Part shown: piece by piece, positions 52,732-63,888 of the stretch
Position numbering within the stretch: position 1 is the first letter of the stretch
How the letters are laid out: every line of letters starts with the position of its first letter
Source: an uncultured delta proteobacterium
Lineage (GTDB): Bacteria > Desulfobacterota > Desulfobacteria > Desulfobacterales > JAFDCJ01
Length of the DNA: 64,000 nucleotides
Reading direction: 5' to 3'
NCBI GenBank assembly: GCA_963769935.1
Contig: CAVYNY010000022.1
Location: 96,001 to 160,000 of the forward strand
The notes under the pieces: model-generated
Told to the model about the DNA's origin: nothing
What the model saw: only the letters and a program-made list of their open reading frames with translations
Database searches by the model: none
Made by a program: the position numbers and the translations under genes

Positions 52732-52853
52732 TTTGTACCTCCTTGTCTTGGCTGAAAATTTTTGGGTCTTGTTTCCCACGACGTGCTTGACGCGTCAGAT
52801 AGAGTTTGACATCGATAAAAAACTACAACCGGCTTCTGTTGATTTAAAAAAGC

Positions 52854-53288
52854 TCAGGTTCGCTCCTGAAGCCCTTTGAATTGGCCTCTTTCGTGCTGGA
52901 TAATGTCCATTACCTCTGCACTAAAGTAAGTGCCTCCCTCAAGTACACATTCTACCGATTTCAAAATATTCTCACGCCCTTCATCTTTGAGGCAATATCC
53001 TTCAATTCCGGCTTTTGAGGCTACTCTGCAGAATTCTGCTGTATTGTGGATACTCAGAACCAATATTTTCAATTTCGGGAACTCTTTCTTAAGTGTGCCT
53101 ATCACCTGAAAACCGTATGTCTTGGGCATCGAAAGATCGAGAATAAGAAGATCGGGTTTCTTCAATCTGACAAGTTCAATGGCTGCTTCACCGTCTTCAG
53201 CCTCACCTACAATTTCATGATGTGAGAGGGTTGTTTTTAGAGTATCTCTATAGAGTTTATTGTCTTCAGCGATAATAATTCTTTTCAT
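52854..53288 (-). CDS. Response regulator, receiver domain only (NarL-like REC)
   Basis: IAED, DLSMP, LSIH, GYCLK; no output HTH. Confidence 0.8.
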   Translation of the reverse strand: MKRIIIAEDNKLYRDTLKTTLSHHEIVGEAEDGEAAIELVRLKKPDLLILDLSMPKTYGFQVIGTLKKEFPKLKILVLSIHNTAEFCRVASKAGIEGYCLKDEGRENILKSVECVLEGGTYFSAEVMDIIQHERGQFKGLQERT

Positions 53289-53769
53289 ATCCTGCCTCCT
53301 CTTGTCTATGTATCAGGGGGGTGTCCGCTGAAGAATCTGTCCAAAAATATTTTCTTGTCAAAACCAAACCATCTTTGGCTATTGATGTGTAAGGCGGTGC
53401 TACCATAAGTCGGGCTATTCCGTTTGCTTCATTCAAAAAGCGAATAATACCTTAACTTTTTAGAGAGAAAGCCTTTGAAAGGATATCTATGTATATGTTC
53501 ATGGGGATAAATTCTTGCTCGAAAGGAACCGCCAATTGGATTTGCCAAGGCCTTTCGAATCTATAACGAATCTGAGGGCAAAAGGTTACAGAATTTTTTC
53601 GATCCTGAGCAGCCCACCCTGAATCTCCTCCGAAAGTCTTTTTAGGACAGGATATTTCCAACATTTTCTATCCCTTTTTTTTGTGCTTTACCAAGCTTCA
53701 CAAAACCTGGTTGAACCGGCATCAATGAGAGGAATAATGAAGAAATGTTATATAACAACGAGATAATTG

Positions 53770-54010
53770 ATGTCTGGATGCAGCGAGGTTGCGGCCGATT
53801 CGCATTTCATGCGCTCACCGAGGGATAGTTTGTGCACCTGTTTGGTGAGCAGCGGCTGCAGGTCGAGAAGATCACTGAGCTCCGCCAGATTACTGCGAAA
53901 TTCGCCGACGGGAATGTCGTAGATAGCCTGATTGACATTAAAGCTTTCGATGGCCGGAAGATCCAAGTTGAGATGGTTTTGCTGGCCCACTATCAAGGCG
54001 AACTGTGATG
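53770..54010 (-). pseudogene. ABC transporter ATPase internal fragment
   Basis: GQ..HL.LDLPAIESF, KLSLGERMKCE signature; no Walker A or B. Confidence 0.7.
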
Positions 54011-54115
54011 CTTCACTTGAAAATAATTGGAAGCCCGAGTCATTTCCGGCTTGCGGAATTTGATTTTTTGTGTTTGATGTTTGGTATGAACACTGCCGCG
54101 TATGTGAATTCCGCC

Positions 54116-54469
54116 ATGAATTTATGTCGTTGCGGCTTCTTCTGGGCAGTCATCCTCGCGCTTTTTTGGAGCTGTTCCGAAGGGGAACCGCCTGCATCCG
54201 TCAGCGGGGGGCAGGGCAGGAATCTGCGGTTGGTCATCAGATGGCCGGGGGATGACCTGGCATCGAAACAGGATCTTGAATTAAGGGATAAGATCGAACA
54301 GCGCCTTGTGGAGAAAAAAGTCGGTAATATTGTGCGGACCGGCACGGGTATGGGCTGGATGGATATCGTCCTTGAAGTCAAAGACCCGGACCGGGCACGC
54401 ACCGAAATTGAGGCCATCGTGAGAGCAGCCGCGCCGGATGCGAAGTTTGCCATTCAGGCTGAAAAATAA
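54116..54469 (+). CDS. Putative lipoprotein
   Basis: Hydrophobic N-terminus ending LFWS-C; GTGMGWMDI. Confidence 0.55.
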   Translation: MNLCRCGFFWAVILALFWSCSEGEPPASVSGGQGRNLRLVIRWPGDDLASKQDLELRDKIEQRLVEKKVGNIVRTGTGMGWMDIVLEVKDPDRARTEIEAIVRAAAPDAKFAIQAEK

Positions 54470-54681
54470 ATTTAATTTAATCTGTGCAATTTCCATGCAC
54501 GGACAGCCAGGCGGGCGTGAAGCCCGGCCCTGCATATGCTGCTTAACCTGTTGAGTAGGGGCGCGGTCTATCCTCGTCCTCGCAGAACGGGTCATTATTC
54601 AAATCTTCGAAATGGAATCGCTCAACTTAGGTATGCTATACATTATAAAAAATATTAAACAATATTTTATAAGACAAACCT

Positions 54682-55075
54682 TCAAGCGCCCAACCGGTAA
54701 AGTATCTCCCCGGCATGATCGACAAACAGGATGCCTTCATCCTCTTTGTTCCGGTATTCCGACAAATCTATTGCAGCCGGATCCATTTAGCCCAGATTGA
54801 TCTTTTCACAGGTAGCACGCGGTATGGCGGTGGCCAGGACCAGCTCCATCCGCGGCTTTTCAATGCCGTCCTGAAAGCTGCCGGTGCCGCGGACATGGGT
54901 TGAATGGGCCAGCACGCCCCGGGGAATATCCTCGAATTTGTCCATCTGCGCCAGAAAATAATCCCGCACATGATAGCCGATTTTTTCGATCCGAAAATCC
55001 AACCACCTCATGCGGAAACACCGGACCCAGAATAAGGATCAGGTCGTATTCGAAAATCTTTTTATTGATCTCAAA
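54682..55075 (-). pseudogene. Lactate racemase (LarA)-like remnant
   Basis: GPVFPHEVVGFS joined by a deletion to GYHVRDYF..AHSTHVRG; internal TAA at 54787-54789. Confidence 0.7.
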
Positions 55076-55079
55076 TGGA

Positions 55080-55991
55080 TTACAGCCCTTTTTGATGGAG
55101 AAATATCTCCAGCTGATGGAATTCTTCGGCAAGCTTTTCGACCAATTCACAAATTTCTTCTGTTTTTTTGCTTTCAGCTGCTTTTTCCAGGTCGGAGGCA
55201 ACCCGGGATAGCCTGCCGGCCCTGAGATTGGCCGCTCCGCCCTTGAGGCGATGGGCCTCTGATGCAACAAACCCGTAATCGGACCGGCAGCCGGCCCGGC
55301 GGAGGCCATTAATTTGTTGCCCGGCCTGGAGCAAAAATTGACCCAAAACGTCATACAGAATTTTCTTTTTACCCATGAATTCGTCGATCGCCCGGTCGAG
55401 ATCAAGCGGAAGATTCGTCGCATCCGGATTTTTGACCGGAGCGCGAATTTCGTCTATTGGTTCTTTATCCAAAGCAAAGCTTGAACCGCAATCAATCCAC
55501 CTGTCCATCACGGACAGTAGATGATCCCGCTGCAACGGTTTGCTGACGCAGTCATCCATTCCCGGATAACGCTTCGCAGCGAAGCTGGTCATTGAAGCGT
55601 CTCCGGTCATGGCGATAATGGGAACCCTCTTGAAGTCGGAATGCGGATTGCGGATTTCCGAATTTGAACTGGAATTCTTTCCAATTTTATTCTGCATTCC
55701 GTCTTCCCAACTCCGAATTCTTTTCGTTGCTTCGTACCCGTCCATGACAGGCATCTGCATATCCATCAGGATCAAATCATAGTGATTTGTTTCATAAGCC
55801 TCCACGGCCTGCTGCCCGTTTAAGACAGCATCGACCCGGTAGCCGGCTTTTCGAAGAATCAGCTGCGCGATCTTCTGATTGACCTCATAGTCCTCCGCAA
55901 CAAGAATACGGCGACATATCCGGGCACTTGATTCGGTAGTATAATTTTCCATCGGCAAATTGATCCTTTCAATACCAACCCGGTATTCCAT
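55080..55991 (-). CDS. Response regulator with REC and Hpt domains
   Basis: LVAED..VNQ, DMQMPVMDG, IIAMT, SKP; AHRLKGGAANL. Confidence 0.85.
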   Translation of the reverse strand: MEYRVGIERINLPMENYTTESSARICRRILVAEDYEVNQKIAQLILRKAGYRVDAVLNGQQAVEAYETNHYDLILMDMQMPVMDGYEATKRIRSWEDGMQNKIGKNSSSNSEIRNPHSDFKRVPIIAMTGDASMTSFAAKRYPGMDDCVSKPLQRDHLLSVMDRWIDCGSSFALDKEPIDEIRAPVKNPDATNLPLDLDRAIDEFMGKKKILYDVLGQFLLQAGQQINGLRRAGCRSDYGFVASEAHRLKGGAANLRAGRLSRVASDLEKAAESKKTEEICELVEKLAEEFHQLEIFLHQKGL

Positions 55992-56375
55992 TTTCCTATG
56001 GGTTCTCTGGCGGCAAATACCACCCCTCTCTCCGAGCTATAGGCTCTACCCTCCGGACTGTAGGCCTACGGGCAGGAAGCTGGGACGGGATTCGTTGCTT
56101 ATTCCAATTGGCGATTATAGGTAATATCGGTCCGTATGTTTAAAAGTTAAGCCGCCGCCTGTCCCCATATCAAAAAATGGATTCTCTTTGGGTGGCGTAA
56201 GACATAATTTGCCGCTGGTGGAGGACATCAACAGGCAAAAGGAATTTTGAATTGCCGGAGGAGTGGCGTTGCTATCCGCGAAATCTTGCCTTGACCCTCG
56301 CTAAAAGACGCATTAGAGTCTGATCAGATTCACGGCAGATTTGCATAAACAAGATGGCAAAGAATAGCTAATGGT

Positions 56376-56416
56376 CCGCAACGCCTGAGATTGTGAACTT
56401 ATTTTTTCGTGGACCC
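56376..56416. mobile_element. Orphan right end of the 15491-15646 MITE family
   Basis: CCGCAACGCCTGAGATTGTGAACTTATTTTTTCGTGGACCC followed by TAA. Confidence 0.8.
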
Positions 56417-56430
56417 TAAGGAGCGCGGCA

Positions 56431-57630
56431 ATGCAGGAAATAATCAAACAGCTGGTACAAAAAAACGACAAAAAAATAGTACTGCTGGTAATGGATGGTG
56501 TCGGTGGACTTCCCAAGGAGAAGGGCGGTAAGACCGAGCTTGAAACAGCTCGAACCCCGAATTTGGACCGTCTGGCATCCGAGTCTGAGTGCGGTCTGCA
56601 TCTACCGGTTGACTACGGTATTACTCCCGGTTCAGCGCCCGGTCATTTAGCGTTGTTCGGGTACCGCCCCACGGATTACAACATCGGCCGGGGGGTGGTG
56701 GCCGCCATGGGCATTGGATTTCCTATGCAGGCGGGCGATGTGGCCGCGCGGGTGAACTTTGCCAGCCGGGATGACCGAGGAAATGTTACCGATCGTCGGG
56801 CGGGCAGAATACCGACGGCGCGTTGCACCGAACTCTGCAACCTGCTGGCTTCAATCCAGGTTCCCGGGGTAGAAATTTTTATGAGGCCGGTGATGGATTA
56901 TCGGGCGGTGGTCGTATTTCGGGGGGAAGGCTTAAGCGACCATGTAGCCGACACCGATCCCCAGAAAGTGGGTGTCAAATCCCTCGATCCTCAGCCTACT
57001 TCCGAGAAAGGCCGGAAAACAGCCGGGATTGCAGCCGCGTTCATTAAGCAGGCCCTGGAGCTTTTGAAGGATCAGCATCCGGCCAATTGTTTGCTGACAC
57101 GCGGCTTTGCCGAATTGCCCCATATCCCGAACATGCAGGAACTTTTCGGACTGCACCCGCTGGCCCTGGCGGTGTATCCGGACTACAAAGGGGTTAGCCG
57201 ACTGGTCGGGATGGATGTGGTCGAAGGCTTAAAAGATCTGGACCACCAGCTGCAAGCGCTGAAAGAAAACTGGGATCAATATGATTATTTTTTTATCCAC
57301 CATAAGTACACCGATTCCCGGGGAGAGGACGGAAATTTTGATGCTAAAGTGGCGGAGATTGAGAAAGTCGACGGCTTTTTGCCTCGCCTCATCGAGCATA
57401 AGCCGGACGTGCTGATCGTCACGGGCGACCATTCCACCCCGGCGGTAATGAAATCCCACTCCCACCACCCGATACCGTTTCTGATCAATGCCGCCAACTC
57501 CCGTCCGGATGGCGTGCAGGAATTCGGGGAACGTGCCTGTGCCGCCGGCCTGTGGGGTATTATCCCCGGCCCGGTGCTGACCCGTCTGGCCTTGGCGTAT
57601 GCGGGAAAGCTGGCCAAGTACGGGGCGTGA
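56431..57630 (+). CDS. apgM: 2,3-bisphosphoglycerate-independent phosphoglycerate mutase (ApgM type)
   Basis: MDGVG, TPGS..GHLALFGY, DRRAGRI, TGDHSTP, HSHHP. Confidence 0.88.
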   Translation: MQEIIKQLVQKNDKKIVLLVMDGVGGLPKEKGGKTELETARTPNLDRLASESECGLHLPVDYGITPGSAPGHLALFGYRPTDYNIGRGVVAAMGIGFPMQAGDVAARVNFASRDDRGNVTDRRAGRIPTARCTELCNLLASIQVPGVEIFMRPVMDYRAVVVFRGEGLSDHVADTDPQKVGVKSLDPQPTSEKGRKTAGIAAAFIKQALELLKDQHPANCLLTRGFAELPHIPNMQELFGLHPLALAVYPDYKGVSRLVGMDVVEGLKDLDHQLQALKENWDQYDYFFIHHKYTDSRGEDGNFDAKVAEIEKVDGFLPRLIEHKPDVLIVTGDHSTPAVMKSHSHHPIPFLINAANSRPDGVQEFGERACAAGLWGIIPGPVLTRLALAYAGKLAKYGA

Positions 57631-58040
57631 TTCGATTGCGGAATGCGGATTTCAGATTGCGGATTGACTTGGCATGGAGCAGAGGGCAGAGGATGAAAGG
57701 ATAAGAAGATCAGAAGATTAGAAGATCAGAGGATGGGAAGCGAGGAGAAGTTATTAGTTATTGTTTATTAGAAGAGAGGACAGAAGATAGAAGCTGGGAA
57801 GCATCTTCGTTTTTCAGCCTCAAGCCTCCCAGCTTTTTGCTATCAACCGGCACCTCAACGCCATAGCCTTTAACCTTATACCGTACACCTTAATCCCTAT
57901 ACCCTCTCCCTTCTTCCCTTTCCCTTTTGCCCTGCCCCGTGCGCCTAATGCCTTGCGCCAGTTAATGCATCCAGTATCGAGTATCCAGAATCCAGTATCG
58001 AGCATCCGGCCGCCGGGCTGACACCTGAAACTTTCATCTC
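57631..58040. repeat. Mosaic of different degenerate 7/8-mer tandem repeats
   Basis: GATTGCG, AGAAGATY, TTATTAG, ACCTTAW, TCCAGTA blocks. Confidence 0.75.
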
Positions 58041-61000
58041 TTATCTTTTATAATAGTCCTGCAAACACTTATAGTGGATGGGTTCACTGTTCTTCGCTTT
58101 CAGGCCCCGCACAATGGCTTCGGCCGCCGACAGGGTGGTAATGAACGGCACCCGGTTTTTAATCGCCGTCCAGCCGATGGTATATTCGTCTACCCGGGAT
58201 CGCAGACCCAGCGGCGTGTTGATAATCAGATGGATATGGCCGTTTTTAATTTCATCCACCACATTCGGCCGGCCCTCCCTGACTTTCAATACCGATTCGA
58301 CCGGAATTCCGCGGGCGGCAATATAGTCGGCCGTACCCTGGGTGGCCACCAGCTTGTAGCCGAATTTTCGCAATCCCTCGGCGATGGGCAGGGCCCGGGC
58401 TTTATCGTTGTCGTTGACGCTGATGAACACGGTTCCCGAGCGCGGTATGGTGACGCCGGCCGCCTGGAATGCCTTGAAAACAGCCTCGCCGAATTTGGGT
58501 GCAATTCCCATGACTTCTCCGGTCGAGCGCATTTCCGGACGCAGGAAAATATCGGTTTTGCTGAACCGGTCAAATGGGAAGACCGATTCTTTAACGGCCA
58601 CATAGGGAAGCTGATCTCTGAACCTGTATCCGATTTCATCGAGTTTCCTGCCGGCCATGACTTCAACCGCGAGTTTGGCAATCGGAATTCCGGTGGCTTT
58701 GCTGACAAACGGCACGGTGCGGGAGGCGCGTGGATTGACCTCCAGCACATACAGGGTATCAAACATGATGGCAAACTGAATGTTGATCAGGCCTTTGACC
58801 TTGAGGGCTCTGGCCAACTGGCCGGTATATTCCCGGATGTCATCATGTTGCTCACGGCTTAACAGAAACGGCGGCAGCACCGCCATGCTGTCGCCTGAAT
58901 GAACGCCGGCCTCTTCAATGTGCTGCATTACCCCGCAGATTTCGGTTCTCTCCCCGTCGCATATCGCGTCCACGTCAAATTCATAGGCGTCTTCCAGAAA
59001 ACGGTCCAGCAGCACCCGGTGTTCTTCGGAGGCCGTGACGGCATTCTGCATGTAGTGTTTCAGCGAATCGATATCATAGACAATTTCCATGGCCCGTCCG
59101 CCTAGAACATAGGAAGGCCTTACAACCAGCGGGAAGCCGATGCGTTTGCCGACCTCCAGCGCCTCATCGATGGAGGTTGCCGTACCGTACTGGGGGTGGG
59201 CGATGTCGAGGGAATCCAGCAGGGCGCCGAAACGATCCCGATCCTCGGCCAGGTCAATTGAATCCGGCGTGGTGCCCCATACCGGCACACCGGCCTTTTC
59301 AAGGGCCAGGGCCAGTTTCAGCGGGGTCTGGCCGCCGAATTGAATAATGACGCCGTCCGGCTTTTCCAGTTCGGTCACGTTCAAAACATCTTCATAGGTC
59401 AACGGTTCGAAATAGAGCTTATCGGCCACATCATAATCGGTGCTGACGGTCTCGGGATTGCAGTTGATCATAATGGCTTCGATACCGAGCGATTTCAAGG
59501 CCAGAATGCCGTGGACACAGCAGTAGTCAAACTCGATGCCCTGACCGATTCGATTGGGGCCCCCGCCCAGAATGACAACCTTCTTTTTGTCAGAAGATGT
59601 TGATTCGTTTTCATGGTCGTAGGTGGAGTAGTAATAGGGGGTAAACGATTCAAATTCGGCCGCGCAGGTGTCGACGATCTTATAGGAAGGCCGCACGCCG
59701 TTGGCCTTCCTGAAACTTCTGATTTCTCCCTCGCTTTTGCCGGTCAGCAGCGCCAGCTGCCGGTCGGAAAATCCCATGCGTTTGGCCCGGATTAGGGTTT
59801 GCTGGGCGAGGGTATTGCGTTTTTTATATTCGGCCGTGATTTCGTTTTCAAATTCAGTGAGTTGATGCAGATTTTCAAGAAACCAGATGTCGATTCCCGA
59901 AACCTGTGATATTTCATCCCGTGCAATACCCGACTTTAACGCCTGCCATATTTTCAGGATTCGATCCGGTGTGCCGTGTCGCAGATCATCCAGCAACGCA
60001 TCCCGGGACAACCCGGCATAGGCATTCGTATCAACGGCGTGAAATCCGGACCAGCCGTTTTCCAGCGATCGCAGGGTTTTGTTCAAAGCCTCCTTGAATG
60101 TCCGGCCGATGCCCATGGCTTCGCCGATGGATTTCATCTGGGAGGTGAGGCGGCGATCTTCATCCGGAAATTTTTCAAAGTCCCAGCGCGGAATTTTAAC
60201 AACGACATAATCAATGGCCGGTTCAAATGAGGCCGGCGTTTTGCGCGTGATATCGTTTGGGATTTCATGCAGGCGGTACCCCACCGCCAGTTTGGCGGCA
60301 ATTTTGGCGATAGGAAAGCCGGTGGCCTTCGACGCCAGGGCGGAGCTGCGGGAAACCCGCGGGTTCATCTCGATGACCACCATCTCACCGGTCTTCGGAT
60401 TCAACGCGAATTGAATGTTGGCCCCGCCGGTTTCGACTCCCACCTTGGCGACGATTTTTTTGGCGGCGTCGCGCATGTTCTGGTATTCAACGTCGGTCAG
60501 GGTCTGGGCGGGGGCGACCGTAATGCTGTCACCGGTGTGAATGCCCATGGGGTCGAAATTTTCAATGGAGCAGACGATCACAAAATTGTCGGCGCCGTCC
60601 CGCATGACTTCAAGCTCGTATTCTTTCCAGCCCAGCACCGACTGTTCGATTAATATCTCGCTGGCCGGGCTGGCCTTCAGACCCCATTGAGCGGCCTCGC
60701 TGAACTCTTCCCTGTTGTAGACGACGCTGCCTCCGATACCGCCCAGGGTAAAGGCGGGCCGGATGATCAGGGGAAAGCCGATCTCGCGGCACAGGGCTTC
60801 GGCCTCTTCCACGGTATGGACGCAGCCGCCTTCGGGCACATTCAAACCGATCTCCCGCATGGCGTTGCGGAAAAGCTCACGGTCTTCGGCCAACCGGATG
60901 GTTTCCAGGCCGGCCCCGATCAATTCAACCCCGTATTCTTCCAGGGTGCCGTTTTGGGCCAGCTCAACCGCCAGGTTCAGACTGGTCTGGCCGCCCAGGG

Positions 61001-61265
61001 TGGGCAGCAGCGCATCCGGACGCTCAATTTCTATGATGCGGGCCACCGCCTCGGCATTGAGCGGCTCGAGGTAGGTACGGTCCGAAAATTCGGGGTCCGT
61101 CATGATGGTTGCCGGATTGCTGTTAATCAGGATAACGATGAAGCCTTCTTCCTTGAGGGCTTTGCAGGCCTGGGTTCCCGAATAATCGAATTCGCAGGCC
61201 TGGCCGATGACAATCGGTCCGGACCCGATCACCAGGATTCTTTTGATGTCTTTTCGTTTAGGCAT
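58041..61265 (-). CDS. carB: Carbamoyl-phosphate synthase large subunit
   Basis: [21 protein letters not shown], two ATP-grasp halves, MGS domain. Confidence 0.98.
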   Translation of the reverse strand: MPKRKDIKRILVIGSGPIVIGQACEFDYSGTQACKALKEEGFIVILINSNPATIMTDPEFSDRTYLEPLNAEAVARIIEIERPDALLPTLGGQTSLNLAVELAQNGTLEEYGVELIGAGLETIRLAEDRELFRNAMREIGLNVPEGGCVHTVEEAEALCREIGFPLIIRPAFTLGGIGGSVVYNREEFSEAAQWGLKASPASEILIEQSVLGWKEYELEVMRDGADNFVIVCSIENFDPMGIHTGDSITVAPAQTLTDVEYQNMRDAAKKIVAKVGVETGGANIQFALNPKTGEMVVIEMNPRVSRSSALASKATGFPIAKIAAKLAVGYRLHEIPNDITRKTPASFEPAIDYVVVKIPRWDFEKFPDEDRRLTSQMKSIGEAMGIGRTFKEALNKTLRSLENGWSGFHAVDTNAYAGLSRDALLDDLRHGTPDRILKIWQALKSGIARDEISQVSGIDIWFLENLHQLTEFENEITAEYKKRNTLAQQTLIRAKRMGFSDRQLALLTGKSEGEIRSFRKANGVRPSYKIVDTCAAEFESFTPYYYSTYDHENESTSSDKKKVVILGGGPNRIGQGIEFDYCCVHGILALKSLGIEAIMINCNPETVSTDYDVADKLYFEPLTYEDVLNVTELEKPDGVIIQFGGQTPLKLALALEKAGVPVWGTTPDSIDLAEDRDRFGALLDSLDIAHPQYGTATSIDEALEVGKRIGFPLVVRPSYVLGGRAMEIVYDIDSLKHYMQNAVTASEEHRVLLDRFLEDAYEFDVDAICDGERTEICGVMQHIEEAGVHSGDSMAVLPPFLLSREQHDDIREYTGQLARALKVKGLINIQFAIMFDTLYVLEVNPRASRTVPFVSKATGIPIAKLAVEVMAGRKLDEIGYRFRDQLPYVAVKESVFPFDRFSKTDIFLRPEMRSTGEVMGIAPKFGEAVFKAFQAAGVTIPRSGTVFISVNDNDKARALPIAEGLRKFGYKLVATQGTADYIAARGIPVESVLKVREGRPNVVDEIKNGHIHLIINTPLGLRSRVDEYTIGWTAIKNRVPFITTLSAAEAIVRGLKAKNSEPIHYKCLQDYYKR

Positions 61266-62364
61266 TGAACTCCTTCATGTCATTGACAAAATTTTCAAAA
61301 AGATAGCGGCTGTCGCGGGGACCGGGGGCGGACTCCGGATGATACTGAACCGAAAATGCCGGCAGGTTTTTGTGTCGGAACCCTTCAAGGGTCTGGTCGT
61401 TCAGGTTTATATGGGTGATTTCGACCTCGTTGGCGGGCAGGCTGTCGGCATCGACGATAAAGCCGTGGTTTTGGGAAGTGATTTCCACGGCGCCGGTGGG
61501 CAGGTACTTGACCGGATGATTGGCGCCGTGATGACCGAATTTCAGTTTGGTCGTTTTGGCCCCCAGGGCCAGGCCCAGGATTTGATGTCCCAGGCAGATG
61601 CCGAAGATGGGTTTCTTCCCCAGCAGGTTTCGTACCGTATTGACGGCATATGTCACCGGCTCCGGGTCGCCGGGACCGTTGGAAAGAAAGATGCCGTCGG
61701 GATTCCAGGCCAGTACGTCCGCGGCGGAGGCGTGAGCCGGAAATACCCGCAGCTTACAGCCGTGCTGATACAAGGCGCGCAGAATGGAAAATTTCACACC
61801 GAAATCATAGACCGCGACCCTGAAATTGAGCCGCTGATCACGCCTGGTTTCTTCGTCCATGGGCCACTCATAATTTTCTTCGGTGGTGACTTCCCGGGCG
61901 ATATCGCGCCCCACCAGCTGTTGGCCGGTTTTAAGTCTTTGCAGCAAAACTTCGAACGGCTCATCGGCGGTGGTTATCGTCCCCATCTGGGCCCCATGGT
62001 CGCGCAGATGGCGGGTCAGCTGCCGGGTGTCGATGTCGCTGATTCCGACTATGCCGTAATATTTTAAATATTCATCCAGCGACTTGGTCGCCTGCCAGTG
62101 GCTGACCACCGGGCTGTATTCGCGAATAATCAAGCCGGCCGCATATATGCGCCGGGATTCGAAATCTTTCGGGTTGACCCCATAGTTGCCGATCTGGGGA
62201 TACGTCATGGTCACCAGCTGGAAATGATAGGACGGGTCCGTGATAATTTCCTGGTAGCCCATCATGGCGGTGTTAAACACCACCTCGCCAACGCTGGTGC
62301 CCATAGCGCCCAGGGAAAGCCCTTCAAAGTGCGTGCCGTCGGACAGGATAAATCTTGCTTTCAT
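61258..62364 (-). CDS. carA: Carbamoyl-phosphate synthase small subunit
   Basis: GEVVFNT, SNGPGDP, GICLGHQ, QYHPE. Confidence 0.98.
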   Translation of the reverse strand: MKARFILSDGTHFEGLSLGAMGTSVGEVVFNTAMMGYQEIITDPSYHFQLVTMTYPQIGNYGVNPKDFESRRIYAAGLIIREYSPVVSHWQATKSLDEYLKYYGIVGISDIDTRQLTRHLRDHGAQMGTITTADEPFEVLLQRLKTGQQLVGRDIAREVTTEENYEWPMDEETRRDQRLNFRVAVYDFGVKFSILRALYQHGCKLRVFPAHASAADVLAWNPDGIFLSNGPGDPEPVTYAVNTVRNLLGKKPIFGICLGHQILGLALGAKTTKLKFGHHGANHPVKYLPTGAVEITSQNHGFIVDADSLPANEVEITHINLNDQTLEGFRHKNLPAFSVQYHPESAPGPRDSRYLFENFVNDMKEFNA

Positions 62365-62385
62365 CTTTTATGTGCCTATAACTGT

Positions 62386-62602
62386 TTGAATTGAATATTG
62401 AAATTGAAGATTGAATATTTGAGGTATTCTATCTTTTTAAGTATCGCCCTTAACATCTTTTCTCCTGCTCCTTGCGCCTTTAACCTTTTACCTTTATCCT
62501 TCCTTTTACGCTATGCGCTATGCGCTATGCTCCATGCGCTATGCACCTATCGCGCGCAACCCGCAACTCGTACCCGCACCTCGTAACCCGTGCCTCGCAA
62601 AC
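62386..62602. repeat. Mosaic of degenerate heptamer repeats between argG and carA
   Basis: ATTGAA(T/G), CCTTTA, CGCTATG and CCCGCAA-like blocks. Confidence 0.75.
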
Positions 62603-62606
62603 CGAT

Positions 62607-63872
62607 TTAGTCTCTTTTAAACTTGCTGTAATCCGGCTTGCGATAGCGACTTTCGCCGCCGCCGTCAATAGCTAAAAGGGATTCAACCTTCAGCGGCAGG
62701 CCGAACAGCTGGATGAATCCCTGGGCATCCTGCTGGTTGTACACATCTTCTTCGCCGAAGGAGGCATAGTCTTCGCGATACAGGCTGTAGGGGCTTCTGC
62801 GTCCGGCGATAATAATGTTGCCCTTGTAGAGCTTCAGACGCACGGTGCCGCTGACCGTTCGCTGGGTGACTTTGACGAACGCGTCCAGGGCTTCGTGCAA
62901 TTGCATAAACCACATGCCGTTGTAGACCAGTTCCGCGTATTTAACCGCCACAAAATCCTTATAGTGCATGGTGTGCTTGTCCAGGCAAATACTCTCAAGG
63001 GCCTGGTGAGCACGGAAAATTATCGTACCGGCCGGTGTTTCATAAACTCCCCGGCTTTTCATGCCCACCAGTCGGTTTTCAACAATATCCACGCGCCCGA
63101 TACCGTGGGCGCCGGCGATTTTATTTAAGCGGGTGAACATGTCCACCGCCGACAGTGTCTCACCGTTCAAACTGACCGGATTGCCTTTCTCAAAGCCGAT
63201 TTCGACATACTCGGGCTTATCCGGTGCATCTTCGGGGCTGACCGATAGCTTAAACATTGGAGCTTCCGGTTCATTCCAGGGGTCTTCCAGCATCCCGCCT
63301 TCATGGGACATGTGCATGATGTTGCGGTCACGGCTGTAAATATCCTTTTCGGTCTGGGTCAGCGGGATGTTGTATTTGTTGGCATATTTGATGGCATCTT
63401 CCCGGCTGCGGATCTCCCACTCACGCCAGGGAGCAATGACTCTGAGCTTCGGGTTGAGCGCCATCACGGTGAGCTCGAATCGGACCTGATCGTTGCCCTT
63501 TCCGGTGCAGCCATGGGCAACGGCATCCGCCCCTTCCTCTTCCGCGATTTCAACCATTTTTTTGGCGATCAGGGGGCGGGCAATGGAGGTGCCCAACAGG
63601 TATTCCCGTTCATACACCGCCCCGGCCTGCATGGTGGGAAACACATAGTCGGTTAAAAATTCCTCCCGCAGGTCGGCTACGATCAGCTTGGCGGCGCCGG
63701 ATGCCAGGGCCTTGTCCTCCAGGCCTTCCAGTTCTTCCTGCTGGCCCACATCGGCCGTAAAACAGATCACATCACAGTTATCGTAGTTGTTTTTCAGCCA
63801 GGGAACGATCACGGAGGTATCCAACCCGCCGCTGTAAGCCAGCACCACTTTTTTAACCTTGCCTTTGACCAT
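62607..63872 (-). CDS. argG: Argininosuccinate synthase
   Basis: [41 protein letters not shown] before ATG 63872. Confidence 0.97.
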   Translation of the reverse strand: MVKGKVKKVVLAYSGGLDTSVIVPWLKNNYDNCDVICFTADVGQQEELEGLEDKALASGAAKLIVADLREEFLTDYVFPTMQAGAVYEREYLLGTSIARPLIAKKMVEIAEEEGADAVAHGCTGKGNDQVRFELTVMALNPKLRVIAPWREWEIRSREDAIKYANKYNIPLTQTEKDIYSRDRNIMHMSHEGGMLEDPWNEPEAPMFKLSVSPEDAPDKPEYVEIGFEKGNPVSLNGETLSAVDMFTRLNKIAGAHGIGRVDIVENRLVGMKSRGVYETPAGTIIFRAHQALESICLDKHTMHYKDFVAVKYAELVYNGMWFMQLHEALDAFVKVTQRTVSGTVRLKLYKGNIIIAGRRSPYSLYREDYASFGEEDVYNQQDAQGFIQLFGLPLKVESLLAIDGGGESRYRKPDYSKFKRD

Positions 63873-63888
63873 CTTTTGCTCCTTTCCC

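Noticed and set aside
53452..53664. 70-aa minus-strand ORF
   Set aside because: No recognisable motif; cannot be supported as a gene
54787..54789. Stop in the LarA-like frame as recoding
   Set aside because: It is TAA within a fragment that has a large deletion
57631..58040. Repeats as a CRISPR array
   Set aside because: No constant 23-47-bp repeat with unique spacers and no cas genes in the window
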